Part shown: piece by piece, positions 1 to 9,027 of the stretch
How positions within the stretch are numbered: position 1 is the first letter of the stretch
Layout of the letters: each line of letters begins with the position of its first letter
Assembly (NCBI GenBank): GCA_965223905.1
Contig: CBDCXV010000002.1
Coordinates: 224,001-288,000 of the forward strand
DNA from: Candidatus Latescibacterota bacterium
Lineage (GTDB): Bacteria; Latescibacterota; UBA2968; UBA8231
Direction of reading: 5' to 3'
DNA: 64,000 nt
The notes under the pieces: model-generated
Told to the model about the DNA's origin: nothing
The model's database searches: none
What the model saw: the letters and a program-made list of their open reading frames with translations, nothing else
Made by a program: the position numbers and the translations under genes

Positions 1-402
1 CTGCGCGTCGGCCAGTCCTGGCAGATGTTCGCGCCGTATCCGCCTCGCATCATCGGCTGGTACGTAGTCGTCGGCACCCTGGAGGACGGATCGCAGGTCG
101 ATCTCTACCGCCACGTCGTCTTCGGAGAGGAGTCACCCGAGGTGTCCTGGGATCGCCCGAACCGCCTTGTCGAGACCTTCCGCGGTCCGCGCTGGCGCAA
201 GTACATGATGTCGCTGCGCAAGAAGGAGAAGAAGGACTACCGCCCCTTGCTGTGTAAGTACCTGGCGCGCGAATGGAAACGGGAGTTCGGCGACGCGGCG
301 CCGCTGACGCTGGTCGAGCTCTTCTTCAACGAGGAGCGGGTCAGGGCGTACGAGCCCAACACCGAACCGAAGAAGCGCCGCCTCTGGTATTACACTCCGT
401 AG
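1..402 (+). CDS. HTTM-domain membrane protein, C-terminal part (5' truncated by window)
   Basis: Frame open from base 1: LRVGQSWQMFAPYP...GWYVVVGTLEDG...RWRKYM, typical of HTTM-family C-termini. Confidence 0.6.
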   Translation: MRVGQSWQMFAPYPPRIIGWYVVVGTLEDGSQVDLYRHVVFGEESPEVSWDRPNRLVETFRGPRWRKYMMSLRKKEKKDYRPLLCKYLAREWKREFGDAAPLTLVELFFNEERVRAYEPNTEPKKRRLWYYTP

Positions 403-423
403 CCTTCGAATCCAGGGGGGACT

Positions 424-696
424 TCAGCTACGACCCTTACGGTGCTTCAGCATCAGGGCCATTGCTACAAGCAGCGCAACAAGGATGGCCAGACCGCCAA
501 GGACGGCACCTTTGAGCAAACGTCTGTCTGCCTCCAGGGAGGGCACTTCCGTCAGGATGAACAAGACCGCGGTAGCCGCCAGGAAGATCCATGCTGCCAG
601 CCGCAGCCGATGAACCGGTTTGGGAAGGTTGCTCCTGAAGAGCGAGGGAATGCCGTCGGAAGCTATTTCCATGACACCGTCCAATATTGGATTCAT
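424..696 (-). CDS. Small hypothetical membrane protein (2 TM)
   Basis: C-terminal 90 aa of ORF 424..999 with two hydrophobic helices; ATG at 696 (alternative 672). Confidence 0.5.
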   Translation of the reverse strand: MNPILDGVMEIASDGIPSLFRSNLPKPVHRLRLAAWIFLAATAVLFILTEVPSLEADRRLLKGAVLGGLAILVALLVAMALMLKHRKGRS

Positions 697-757
697 TCCA
701 TTCCTGTACGAGGGCGCGTGCCGTCCCGGGAGCGGGTCGAGTCCCTGAACGGACGGC

Positions 758-1936
758 TCACCCGGTTCCGGCCGCGGTCCGGCCTTCCCAGCTGGCGGTG
801 AATCCGTCGACGTCGATGCCGGGCATCTCCTGGAACCTGTACCTCGACGGCTGCTTGCCCTGGAAGCCGGGAACGAGGTGCGGCTCCTCGACCTGAAGGA
901 GGCGGTCGAAGCTCTCGAAACGCCGCCACAGCAGCCCGGCTTCGGCGGCAGTGAACCGGCTGCCCACCGGGCCTCTTCCCCGCAGGGCCGCCCTGGCAAT
1001 CTTGGACAGTTGAATCAGGCAGGAAACGCGGCCCACCTCCCCTGAGTGGAGCTCGTGGAGTGCCTCGCAAAAGGCCGCGGCATCCCGGCCGCTCATGGCG
1101 CGGAAGGCTCGCTCCATGGCGTCGCATTCCCTGTCGCGCAGATCGAGCAACCTCCGGAACCTCGAGGCGTGGCGCGGGGGCAGGACATCGACCAGCCGCG
1201 GGGTCCAGTGGAATATATAAGCGTGGGTCAGGCTGCCGTTGTTGAACGCGCGGTAGCCGAAGTGGAGGGTGCGCCGGTGCTTCGCGCTGTAGTTGCTGCC
1301 CCAGTGGAGGATCGGCGTCAGGTAGACGATGCCGTCTCCGGCAGCCAGCTCGATCTGCACGCCGCCGTCGATTTCCCGGTGCTCGCTGACGGCGAGCTGC
1401 CGGTTTTCCGCCTCGGTGTTGAAGCGGCGATGGCTCCCCGGAACGAGCCAGAGGACGTCGTCGTCGTAGAGCGGGATGTTCCACTGCGTGTAGTTCGGAG
1501 GGTTGGCCAGGAAGTCGGTGTAGAACGCCTCAACCGGGCCATGGGACTCCGGGCGGATGTCGCGGTGCCAGTCCGCCGGCCCGCGATCCCTTCGCGGGTT
1601 GCACAACATCCCGAACTGGGTCGGGGCGACATCTTCGGTGCCCATGACCTGCCGGCAGATTCCGTGCGTGTTCTCGTGGAAGACGAAATCGACAATTTCG
1701 CAGGCTTCGCGATCGACGACGCGGTCGAACAGCACCCGCGGCTGAATGCCGGTCTCCCACTCGCCACCCGGCGGCTCCCCCGTCTCGCGGTGGTCCGCCC
1801 ACCATGTCCTGTGGCGCGCGAGCATCTCTTCGCAATGCGCCCGCAGCGAGTCGAGCTGCTGCGGAGGAACGCAGTTGCGAAGGATGCAGTACCCTTTCTC
1901 CAGCAGCTCGCGTCGACCCGGAGCGCCTGAAATCAC
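758..1936 (-). CDS. Phytanoyl-CoA dioxygenase (PhyH) family Fe(II)/2OG dioxygenase
   Basis: GYCILRN start, WHRD (HxD), LVPGSH, GD...HWG...RRTLH motifs. Confidence 0.85.
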   Translation of the reverse strand: MISGAPGRRELLEKGYCILRNCVPPQQLDSLRAHCEEMLARHRTWWADHRETGEPPGGEWETGIQPRVLFDRVVDREACEIVDFVFHENTHGICRQVMGTEDVAPTQFGMLCNPRRDRGPADWHRDIRPESHGPVEAFYTDFLANPPNYTQWNIPLYDDDVLWLVPGSHRRFNTEAENRQLAVSEHREIDGGVQIELAAGDGIVYLTPILHWGSNYSAKHRRTLHFGYRAFNNGSLTHAYIFHWTPRLVDVLPPRHASRFRRLLDLRDRECDAMERAFRAMSGRDAAAFCEALHELHSGEVGRVSCLIQLSKIARAALRGRGPVGSRFTAAEAGLLWRRFESFDRLLQVEEPHLVPGFQGKQPSRYRFQEMPGIDVDGFTASWEGRTAAGTG

Positions 1937-2166
1937 TCGTCCGGGATCTCGACGGAGGCCCGGCGGTCGCCTTCGCGGCGACTGGGCACCGGGAGCCGAT
2001 CAACACCCCCTTCGAGATCGTCCGGCCTCAAGGGAGGGTGGTGCTCGGCCAGCACGCCCGGCAGCAGGGAAGTCGATGGCTCAGCAACCGGGACCCGTCC
2101 CTGGTGGGTGTACTGCTCGAGTGGGGGGATGTGGGGCGATTTGAAACGGGCTCCCTCCCCGGGATA

Positions 2167-2448
2167 CTACCCTTCCCGTGAAGGTTGCTTCAACCCCAAC
2201 TCACCGATCGGGATCGCCTCGTCGATGAGCATGATCGGGATGCCGTCCTCGACCGGGTAGAGAAAGGCGCCGTCCTCCCGGACCAGCCCGCCGTCCAGCT
2301 TCTTCTCCAGCTTTTCGCCTCTCCGGTTGGAGACCTGTCCCTGTTCTATCAGGGCGTTCAGCCCGTCGATCAGTCCGGCGTCGGCCAGATGCACCGGTTC
2401 CTTGGTCTCCGGGCAGGCCAGGATGTCGAGCAACTCCTTGTCTATCAT
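2167..2448 (-). CDS. Trm112/UPF0434 family protein
   Basis: MIDKELLDILACPETK...YPVEDGIPIMLIDEA. Confidence 0.9.
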   Translation of the reverse strand: MIDKELLDILACPETKEPVHLADAGLIDGLNALIEQGQVSNRRGEKLEKKLDGGLVREDGAFLYPVEDGIPIMLIDEAIPIGELGLKQPSREG

Positions 2449-2815
2449 GACGTTGCAAATTCTCCGCAAGAAACTGGGTCAGGGGCTTGGGGATGGGTGT
2501 GAAGATAGAAGGGCCCATCCCGGGGAACAAGCAACGGAAAATCCTTCCCCGAGGGGGGGTTGGAATTTCCCCCTTGAGGGGATAGCGCTGCAAACAAAGG
2601 CTCCCCTGCAAAGGCAACCCGGCCACTGGAGGATATTGCTTATATATAAGTAAAAACAACTAGTTAAAGTAAAAAACCAGATCGGGATCCCCCGTTTTTG
2701 GATCGAATCGACGTCTTCGGTCCGAACCTTGCTGGCCTCCTTGCCGCGGAGGTCGCGGTCAGGCCGCGGCTTCCGCCGAAACACAGCCAATCCACTCGTT
2801 GGAAAGGGGCCCGCG

Positions 2816-3121
2816 GTGGAACCGGTCGACCAGGATGCAGCGGAGGTTCGCAAGGAGCGCCTGGCGCTCATCGTCGATCGCTGTCTGGAAAGCGAGGCGG
2901 CCTACAAGCTTTTCGACATGCTCGGATCGATTTGCCGGCTGGACGCCGGCGCGAGGCGCGAGTACATGAAACTGGTACGGGAGTCGGGGCTGTACTCCGA
3001 GGAAGAGATTTTGGCTGTCGAACGCCTTATCGCCACCGGGGCGGCGCAGTGTTTCAAGGAGGTGATCGACCAGGTCCGCGAGGAGCGGATTGAGCGCGAG
3101 ATCACGGACTTGGTTTCCTGA
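2816..3121 (+). CDS. Hypothetical helical protein (~101 aa)
   Basis: GTG at 2816 after GGAAAGGGG; protein-like composition. Confidence 0.6.
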   Translation: MEPVDQDAAEVRKERLALIVDRCLESEAAYKLFDMLGSICRLDAGARREYMKLVRESGLYSEEEILAVERLIATGAAQCFKEVIDQVREERIEREITDLVS

Positions 3122-3262
3122 GGATGGGAAGAAGGTGCCCCGCGGTCACGCCGCGGCCTCGAGGTTCCCGATTTCATGGAATATTCGGGTGCCGGCGACG
3201 AGACCGAGCCTGCGCGGGGTACCCGAATACGCGGGAGCGTCCCATCGCGGCGTGCGAGACGC

Positions 3263-3300
3263 AAAAAAAAGCGGCCCGAGAACCGGTATCCTCGGGCCGC
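3263..3300 (-). terminator. Rho-independent terminator of rpmB
   Basis: Perfect 10-bp stem GCGGCCCGAG/CTCGGGCCGC followed by T8 on the minus strand. Confidence 0.9.
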
Positions 3301-3339
3301 AGACAATTTCAGAGACGAGCCGGAACCGACCCGCCGCAG

Positions 3340-3567
3340 TCACACTTTGATTCCATTCTCCTCGAGATACCGCAGAGCTCCCTTCTTGTTCATCGTCCGC
3401 AGCGCCCGGGCCGAGAGCTTGAGGGTGACGGTGCGGTTCAGCTCAGGTATGTAGATCCGCTTCTTTAAGAGATTCGGTTGCTGAACGCGCTTTGTCTTGC
3501 GCTGGGAGTGGCTGACGTGGTTGCCAACCATTCTCTTCTTGCCGGTTACCTGGCACACACGAGCCAT
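3340..3567 (-). CDS. rpmB: 50S ribosomal protein L28
   Basis: MARVCQVTGKKRMVGNHVSHSQRKTKR..PNL; AGGAGG RBS. Confidence 0.97.
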   Translation of the reverse strand: MARVCQVTGKKRMVGNHVSHSQRKTKRVQQPNLLKKRIYIPELNRTVTLKLSARALRTMNKKGALRYLEENGIKV

Positions 3568-3591
3568 GATCGACCTCCTGAATGGGGCAGA

Positions 3592-3620
3592 AACATAGAG
3601 CAGACAAGAAGATACGTCAA
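3592..3620 (-). promoter_or_regulatory. Sigma70-type promoter of rpmB
   Basis: TTGACG-17nt-TATGTT on the minus strand. Confidence 0.65.
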
Positions 3621-3874
3621 GGAGGCGACTTGACAGGCCGTGTCTTCTGGACATACGTATTCAAGGCGCAAACAGCCGTGCACGGGCAGGCTGGAAGCCC
3701 CGCGGCGAGCCGCTTCGAGGCGGAAACCTTTCGGGCTGTCGACGCGATCGGACCCCGGCGGAATCTGCCTTTTCCGGAGGCGAGCCGGCAACTGAGGATC
3801 CCGCGCAAGGCTCGAGCGTCCTGTCGAGGATGCATACCGGCAACTCTCCCCCAGACATCTGAATTCCAACGCAA

Positions 3875-6800
3875 GTGATCTTCAACCGTACCCCGTGGGT
3901 CGGGATTGCGCTCCCCCTCTCCGTCGCGGGGCTGGCTGTGGCCGCGGGAGCGCAGACCCCTTGGGCCGTTGCGGACCCGCCCGGTCTCGGTGCGCCCCGC
4001 ATTCACGCGGAGTTTGCCGCTCAGCTGGCACAGGCCCGCGCCGACCTGGCGAATTCCTGGACGGCGACTGCGGAAATGGTTGGGCAGACTTCCAACAGCG
4101 TGCGCCTTGTGTACGAGGCCGGACCGGCGACACCGTCCGGTCGCGCTTCCGTTGAGTCGATCGCCTTGGATCATCTCCGCGACCTCAACCGCAGTTGCAC
4201 CGTCGGGATTCCCCCGGACAGTGAAGTCGAGATGGAAGTCGTCGAGGCCCGAGTGGCCGCCCGAGTGAACGCCCCGGAAGCCGCCGAGTTGTTCGCGGGC
4301 ATGGCGCATGGCCCGGTGGAGCTCGGGGAACGCGGCCTCCTGCGCAGGCAGGAAGTGGTGGCTCTCGGGTTCGGGCCGCGGCTGGACGGGGAGGAGCTCA
4401 TTGTGTTCGACCGCATCGAGGTCGAGCTGCGTTTTTCATCGCCCTCGACATCGAAACGGCGTTCCCGGGCTGACAGGTGGGGGGAGGTGCTGTATCGCAA
4501 CACCCTGGTCAACTACGAGCAGGCGAAATCCTGGCGTCTTCCTGCCATCGGTCCCGCGGCCGGAAAGATGGCCGATGGCTCGGCGCTGAATGGCGAGATG
4601 CTGAGGGTCACGGTTCGAAAGAACGGCATGTACAAGGTCACAGGGGCCGACCTTGTCGACGCAGGCATCGCCCTCCAGACAATCGCCCCGGAGCATCTCC
4701 GCATGCTCTACGGAGGAGGCAGGGTTCTCGGTCTCCAGCGCGCGGTCATTCCAGGTTTCTACCGCCGCGAAATACCGTTCGTGGTCGAAGACGGGGGCGA
4801 CGGCCGCTTCGACGCCGGCGACTTTCTCCTCTTCTACGGCGAGGCGACTCAACGCTGGGACTACCACCGCGGCGATGGCCGCTATTTCTGGCGGGCGAAC
4901 CCCTTCACCGAGGAGAACGTCTACTTCCTCGATACCGGCGCCGAAGTGCAGGGACGCAGGATGCGTCAACGCAGCGGGTCCCGCGATCACGGTTCGCCGC
5001 GACTTGTCGACAGCTACCGCCAGCGGCTCCATCTCGAGGACGATCGCCTGATCCGGAACCAGTCATACGGCATCAAGTCGGGTTACGACTGGTACTGGGA
5101 GGACTTCGGGGGGAACGCGCGCAACTTTTCCGCCATCGTGCGCGACGCGGTTTCCGGAATTCCCGTCGACATCCGGGTCCGCTTCTGGGGCTCGAGGAGA
5201 GAGATCCACAGGTTCGATCTGTACTGGAACGAGGAGCTGGTGGGGGAGGTCTCGATGGATAGCATGTTCGTTGCCACCCTCAAGGCGCAGGCTCCGCAGG
5301 GCGCGAAGGAGGGCCTGAATCAGCTCGGGGTTTTCCACCGCGACGACAAGGCGACGCGGCTCGACTGGATCGAGCTCGAATTCGATCGCCGGCTGTCGGC
5401 CGAGGGTGGGGAGCTGGCCTTCGCCTGGCCTCCGTCGGCCATTTCCGGGGAGGGAGACGGGGTAACGGCGGAGTTCGTGCTGACCGGGTTCGCCGAAGAG
5501 GGGAAACCGCGGATCTTCGAGATCTCGGCTATCGACGAGGCAAGTGAAATCGTCGGATTCGACTACGACGAGACCACCGGAACCGCGGTCTTTCAGGACC
5601 GGTTCGACGGCCGCGGGGTTCCTCCGCGATACATCGCCAGCGTGCCGTCCCGCTGGAAGCGGCCGGCGAAAATGGAGCTCGGTACCCCGAGCCGGCTGCG
5701 CACCCCGGACAACGGGGCGGAGTACGTCGTGCTCACCCATGCCGATTTCCGCGCAGCTGCCGACCGTCTGGCGGCGTGGCGCGCCGCCGGCGACCGTTTC
5801 GGACCGATGCGGACGATTTCCGTCGACGTCCAGGATGTGTACGACGAGTTCTCCGGGGGCCTCGTCGACCCGATGGCGATCCGGTCGTTCGTCAACTACG
5901 CGGTCGACAACTGGGATCCGGCGCCCTTCTTCATCTGCCTGATGGGTGACGGAACGTACGATTACAAGAACAACACCGGCACCAGCCACCCGAACTGGAT
6001 GCCTGCGTACCAGGAAGGCATCAGCATGTTCGACGAATGGTACGTGCGCGTAGAGGGAGAGGACCGGATTCCCGACCTGGCGATCGGCAGATTGGCGGTG
6101 CAGTCGGCTGCCGAGGCGGAGGGGGTGGTCGACAAGCTGATCTCGTACGACGCAGATCCGGAGGTCGGTCCCTGGCAGAGCCGGGTGCTGCTGGTGGCGG
6201 ACGATCTGCGCCATCCGTCGAAACTGGAATTGAGGGAATCCTATTTCATTCGCGACGCCGAGTCGCTTGCGAGTTACTACCTCCCCACCGACCTCGATCT
6301 CGTCAAGCTCTACATCGCCCAGTTTCCGCTCGAGGGGAGTACCAAGCCGCAGGCCAGGGATGCCTTCGTTCGCCGATTCAACGAGGGGGCGCTGGTCCTC
6401 ACCTACATCGGGCACGGGAGCTTCAACGTGCTCGCCCACGAGAGTATGTTCCTTCTCTCCAGGGACGCCGACAAGATCGACAACGGCAGGAGGCTGCCGT
6501 TCATGTACACGGCTGCGAGCCAGGTGGGGGTGTTCGACAAGCCGGACCAGCAGTCGATCCCGGAGGTCCTGATGAACCGTCCCGACGGCGGGGTGATCGG
6601 GTTCATCTCGGCGGCCCGGGTAGGCTTCCACGTCAGCAACATGTACCTCGCCCAGGAATTTCACAGGCTGATGTACCGGTCGGAAGAGGATCACATTCCA
6701 CTGGGACTGGCGCTGACGATTGCCAAGCAGAACGTCACCGGTCACAAGGATGACCGCACCAACATGCAGCGCTATTGCCTTATCGGCGACCCGGCCATGC

Positions 6801-7813
6801 GCCTCGCCAGACCGCGGTACGCCGTCGCCTTGGAGGTTCCGGACTCGATGCGGGCGCTCGAGGAGATCCGCGTGGCCGGCCGCATCCTGGACTCCGAGCG
6901 GAGGCCGGTGGAGGACTTTACCGGTACCGCCCTCGTGCAGGCGTTCGACTCCAGTACGGAGAGCAAGTTGGATCATATCACCTACACCCGCCTCGGGGCT
7001 CCGATTTTCCGCGGCCGGGTGGAGGTCGCCGCCGGCCGCTTCGAAACCGCCTTTCGCGTTCCCAAGGACATCAGCTACAAGGAAGACAAGGGCAGGGTCA
7101 GTGCCTATGTTTGGAGTGACGACGCCCCGGCCGCTTTCGGGGCCGTCGGCAGCCGGGTGCTCGCCGGCACGGCTTCCGGCGTCGCAGCGGACGAGACCGG
7201 CCCGGAGATCAGGGTCCGATTCAAGGGGCAGGATGGTTTCAGCAGCGGTGACTTCGTCCCCAGCGAAGCGGTCCTCGAAGCTGTGATCAACGATCAGAAC
7301 GGCATCAACATTACCGGGGAAACCGGGCACGAAATGGAGCTTCGGGTGGACGACCGCCTATTCATCGTCACCGAGTTCTTCCACAATACAGGCGACTACC
7401 GCAGGGGCCTTCTCGAGTTTCCCCTGCCCGCCATGGAACCAGGTACCCACACCTTGCGTCTCAAGGCCTGGGACACGTTCAACAATTCGTCGCAGGTCGA
7501 GGCGGAAGCGCGCGTCTCCGAGGGAGACGACTCGGGGCTCTCCCAGCTGCTGTTCCACCCCAACCCGATGCGGGACGGGGGAGACTTCACATACACTCTC
7601 GAGATCGCTACGGAGTACGTTCATATCAGGGTGTTCTCTCTCGCCGGAAGGCTCGTCGACGAGCTATCCGGTACGGGAAATGCCGACTTCAACCAGGTCG
7701 CCTGGACCCCGCCGAGCGAGCTCGCCAACGGCACCTACCTGTACCAGGTCGAGGTCGAGCTCGCCGATGGACGGCGCGTCGAAAGGAAGGCGGCCATCCA
7801 GGTGATGAAATGA
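3875..7813 (+). CDS. porU: PorU-like C25 (gingipain-family) T9SS sortase homologue with C-terminal CTD
   Basis: Signal peptide; VYDEFSGG..DP.AIRSF, GDGTYDYKN, DLAIGRL, YIGHGS, LIGDPAMRL, LKAWDTFNNSS, HPNPM...LANGTYLY; adjacent to porV-like gene. Confidence 0.85.
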   Translation: MIFNRTPWVGIALPLSVAGLAVAAGAQTPWAVADPPGLGAPRIHAEFAAQLAQARADLANSWTATAEMVGQTSNSVRLVYEAGPATPSGRASVESIALDHLRDLNRSCTVGIPPDSEVEMEVVEARVAARVNAPEAAELFAGMAHGPVELGERGLLRRQEVVALGFGPRLDGEELIVFDRIEVELRFSSPSTSKRRSRADRWGEVLYRNTLVNYEQAKSWRLPAIGPAAGKMADGSALNGEMLRVTVRKNGMYKVTGADLVDAGIALQTIAPEHLRMLYGGGRVLGLQRAVIPGFYRREIPFVVEDGGDGRFDAGDFLLFYGEATQRWDYHRGDGRYFWRANPFTEENVYFLDTGAEVQGRRMRQRSGSRDHGSPRLVDSYRQRLHLEDDRLIRNQSYGIKSGYDWYWEDFGGNARNFSAIVRDAVSGIPVDIRVRFWGSRREIHRFDLYWNEELVGEVSMDSMFVATLKAQAPQGAKEGLNQLGVFHRDDKATRLDWIELEFDRRLSAEGGELAFAWPPSAISGEGDGVTAEFVLTGFAEEGKPRIFEISAIDEASEIVGFDYDETTGTAVFQDRFDGRGVPPRYIASVPSRWKRPAKMELGTPSRLRTPDNGAEYVVLTHADFRAAADRLAAWRAAGDRFGPMRTISVDVQDVYDEFSGGLVDPMAIRSFVNYAVDNWDPAPFFICLMGDGTYDYKNNTGTSHPNWMPAYQEGISMFDEWYVRVEGEDRIPDLAIGRLAVQSAAEAEGVVDKLISYDADPEVGPWQSRVLLVADDLRHPSKLELRESYFIRDAESLASYYLPTDLDLVKLYIAQFPLEGSTKPQARDAFVRRFNEGALVLTYIGHGSFNVLAHESMFLLSRDADKIDNGRRLPFMYTAASQVGVFDKPDQQSIPEVLMNRPDGGVIGFISAARVGFHVSNMYLAQEFHRLMYRSEEDHIPLGLALTIAKQNVTGHKDDRTNMQRYCLIGDPAMRLARPRYAVALEVPDSMRALEEIRVAGRILDSERRPVEDFTGTALVQAFDSSTESKLDHITYTRLGAPIFRGRVEVAAGRFETAFRVPKDISYKEDKGRVSAYVWSDDAPAAFGAVGSRVLAGTASGVAADETGPEIRVRFKGQDGFSSGDFVPSEAVLEAVINDQNGINITGETGHEMELRVDDRLFIVTEFFHNTGDYRRGLLEFPLPAMEPGTHTLRLKAWDTFNNSSQVEAEARVSEGDDSGLSQLLFHPNPMRDGGDFTYTLEIATEYVHIRVFSLAGRLVDELSGTGNADFNQVAWTPPSELANGTYLYQVEVELADGRRVERKAAIQVMK

Positions 7814-7974
7814 CCGCTTCGCCGGGGCGGAAGCCCGGAGCGCACGGCAGCAGGAGTGAAAGGAACGCGGAGTCCGCCCTGCTGCGGGCTGCAGGCAACG
7901 AATGCGTCGCCGTCGCCGGGCCGAAACGAAGCGGCAGCAGATTCTCGAAGTGAAACCTCAGGAGGTAACGACAA

Positions 7975-9027
7975 ATGCTTGACAAACTCACCGCCTGGTG
8001 CGTGACCGCGGCCCTGCTGGCCGGGGCCGTCGGGCCCACCTCGGCAACCTCGGAGAGCCGCGCCACCGTCATTTTTCTTTTGATCAAGCCGGATGCGCGC
8101 GCCATCGCGATGGGGGAGTCGTACGTCGCCGTCGCCGACAATGCCAGCTACTTCAACCCCGCCTCGCTGGCAGGACAGACCGAGCGCAAGCTTCACCTGA
8201 CCCATGCGAAGTGGCTTCCCGGTCTCGCCGACGACATGTCGTACGAGTTTGTCGCCTACTCGCAACCGGTCGAGGGATGGGGGAACGTCGGTCTCAACGG
8301 AGTCTGGATGAATCTCGGAGAGCAGACGCGAATGGGGGAGCGGCCGGACGACGTTCTCGGGACCTTCTCGAGCAACGAGTTCGCGATCAGCGTCGCCTAC
8401 GGGGCCGACGTCGCCGACAACATGAAGGCAGGCGTCGGCCTGAAGTTCATCCACAGTCGCCTCTCCCCCGAACAGGGTGCGGGCATCGAGCGCGGCAAGG
8501 GAGTCGGAAGCAGCTTTGCCGCCGACCTCGGTATCCTGTGGGACCTCACACCGGCGCTTACATTCGGCTCGGCACTCCGCTATCTCGGTCCGAAGATGGC
8601 CTACATCGACCCCAGTCAGGCCGATCCGCTTCCGCAGCATATCGTCGCCGGCTTCGCGTATGAGCTCCTCGACGCCGAGTACCACGATGTCCTGCTCGCA
8701 TTCGATCTCTACAAACCCCTGATCGCGGACGGCTCGTTCGCGGGCAACCTTGTGAAGGCGTGGGCGGACGAGAGCATGGCGAACGAACTCAAGGAGATGG
8801 ACTTTCACGCCGGCGGGGAGTACCGGTACGGCCTGTCGGCCCAGCAGGACCAGTCGTTTCTGGCGCTGCGGGCCGGATACAGGTGGGACCACGACGGCGA
8901 GCTGAAATTCCCCACCTTCGGGATGGGTCTGAAATACGACATGTTCCAGGTCGACGTGGCGTACGTAACGGGTGACGACACCCCGATGGAGGACAACACC
9001 CGTTTTTCCCTGAACCTGACGTTCTGA
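7975..9027 (+). CDS. porV: PorV/PorQ-family outer-membrane beta-barrel
   Basis: FLLIKPDARAIAMGE...YFNPASL, KWLPGLADDM, ALRAGY, terminal Phe; AGGAGG RBS. Confidence 0.85.
   Translation: MLDKLTAWCVTAALLAGAVGPTSATSESRATVIFLLIKPDARAIAMGESYVAVADNASYFNPASLAGQTERKLHLTHAKWLPGLADDMSYEFVAYSQPVEGWGNVGLNGVWMNLGEQTRMGERPDDVLGTFSSNEFAISVAYGADVADNMKAGVGLKFIHSRLSPEQGAGIERGKGVGSSFAADLGILWDLTPALTFGSALRYLGPKMAYIDPSQADPLPQHIVAGFAYELLDAEYHDVLLAFDLYKPLIADGSFAGNLVKAWADESMANELKEMDFHAGGEYRYGLSAQQDQSFLALRAGYRWDHDGELKFPTFGMGLKYDMFQVDVAYVTGDDTPMEDNTRFSLNLTF

Noticed and set aside
2520-2680. c-di-GMP riboswitch-like GCAAA motifs and palindrome CTTATATATAAG (2639-2650)
   Set aside because: Required stems are absent; best explained as an AT-rich divergent promoter region
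3630-3660. TTGACA as the porU promoter
   Set aside because: No convincing -10 element at 16-18 nt spacing
5063-7330. Long antisense ORFs (755 aa here; also 7735..8892, 14216..15499, 18052..19674, 22177..23598, 57414..58541)
   Set aside because: Shadow frames of real high-GC genes, with no recognisable motifs
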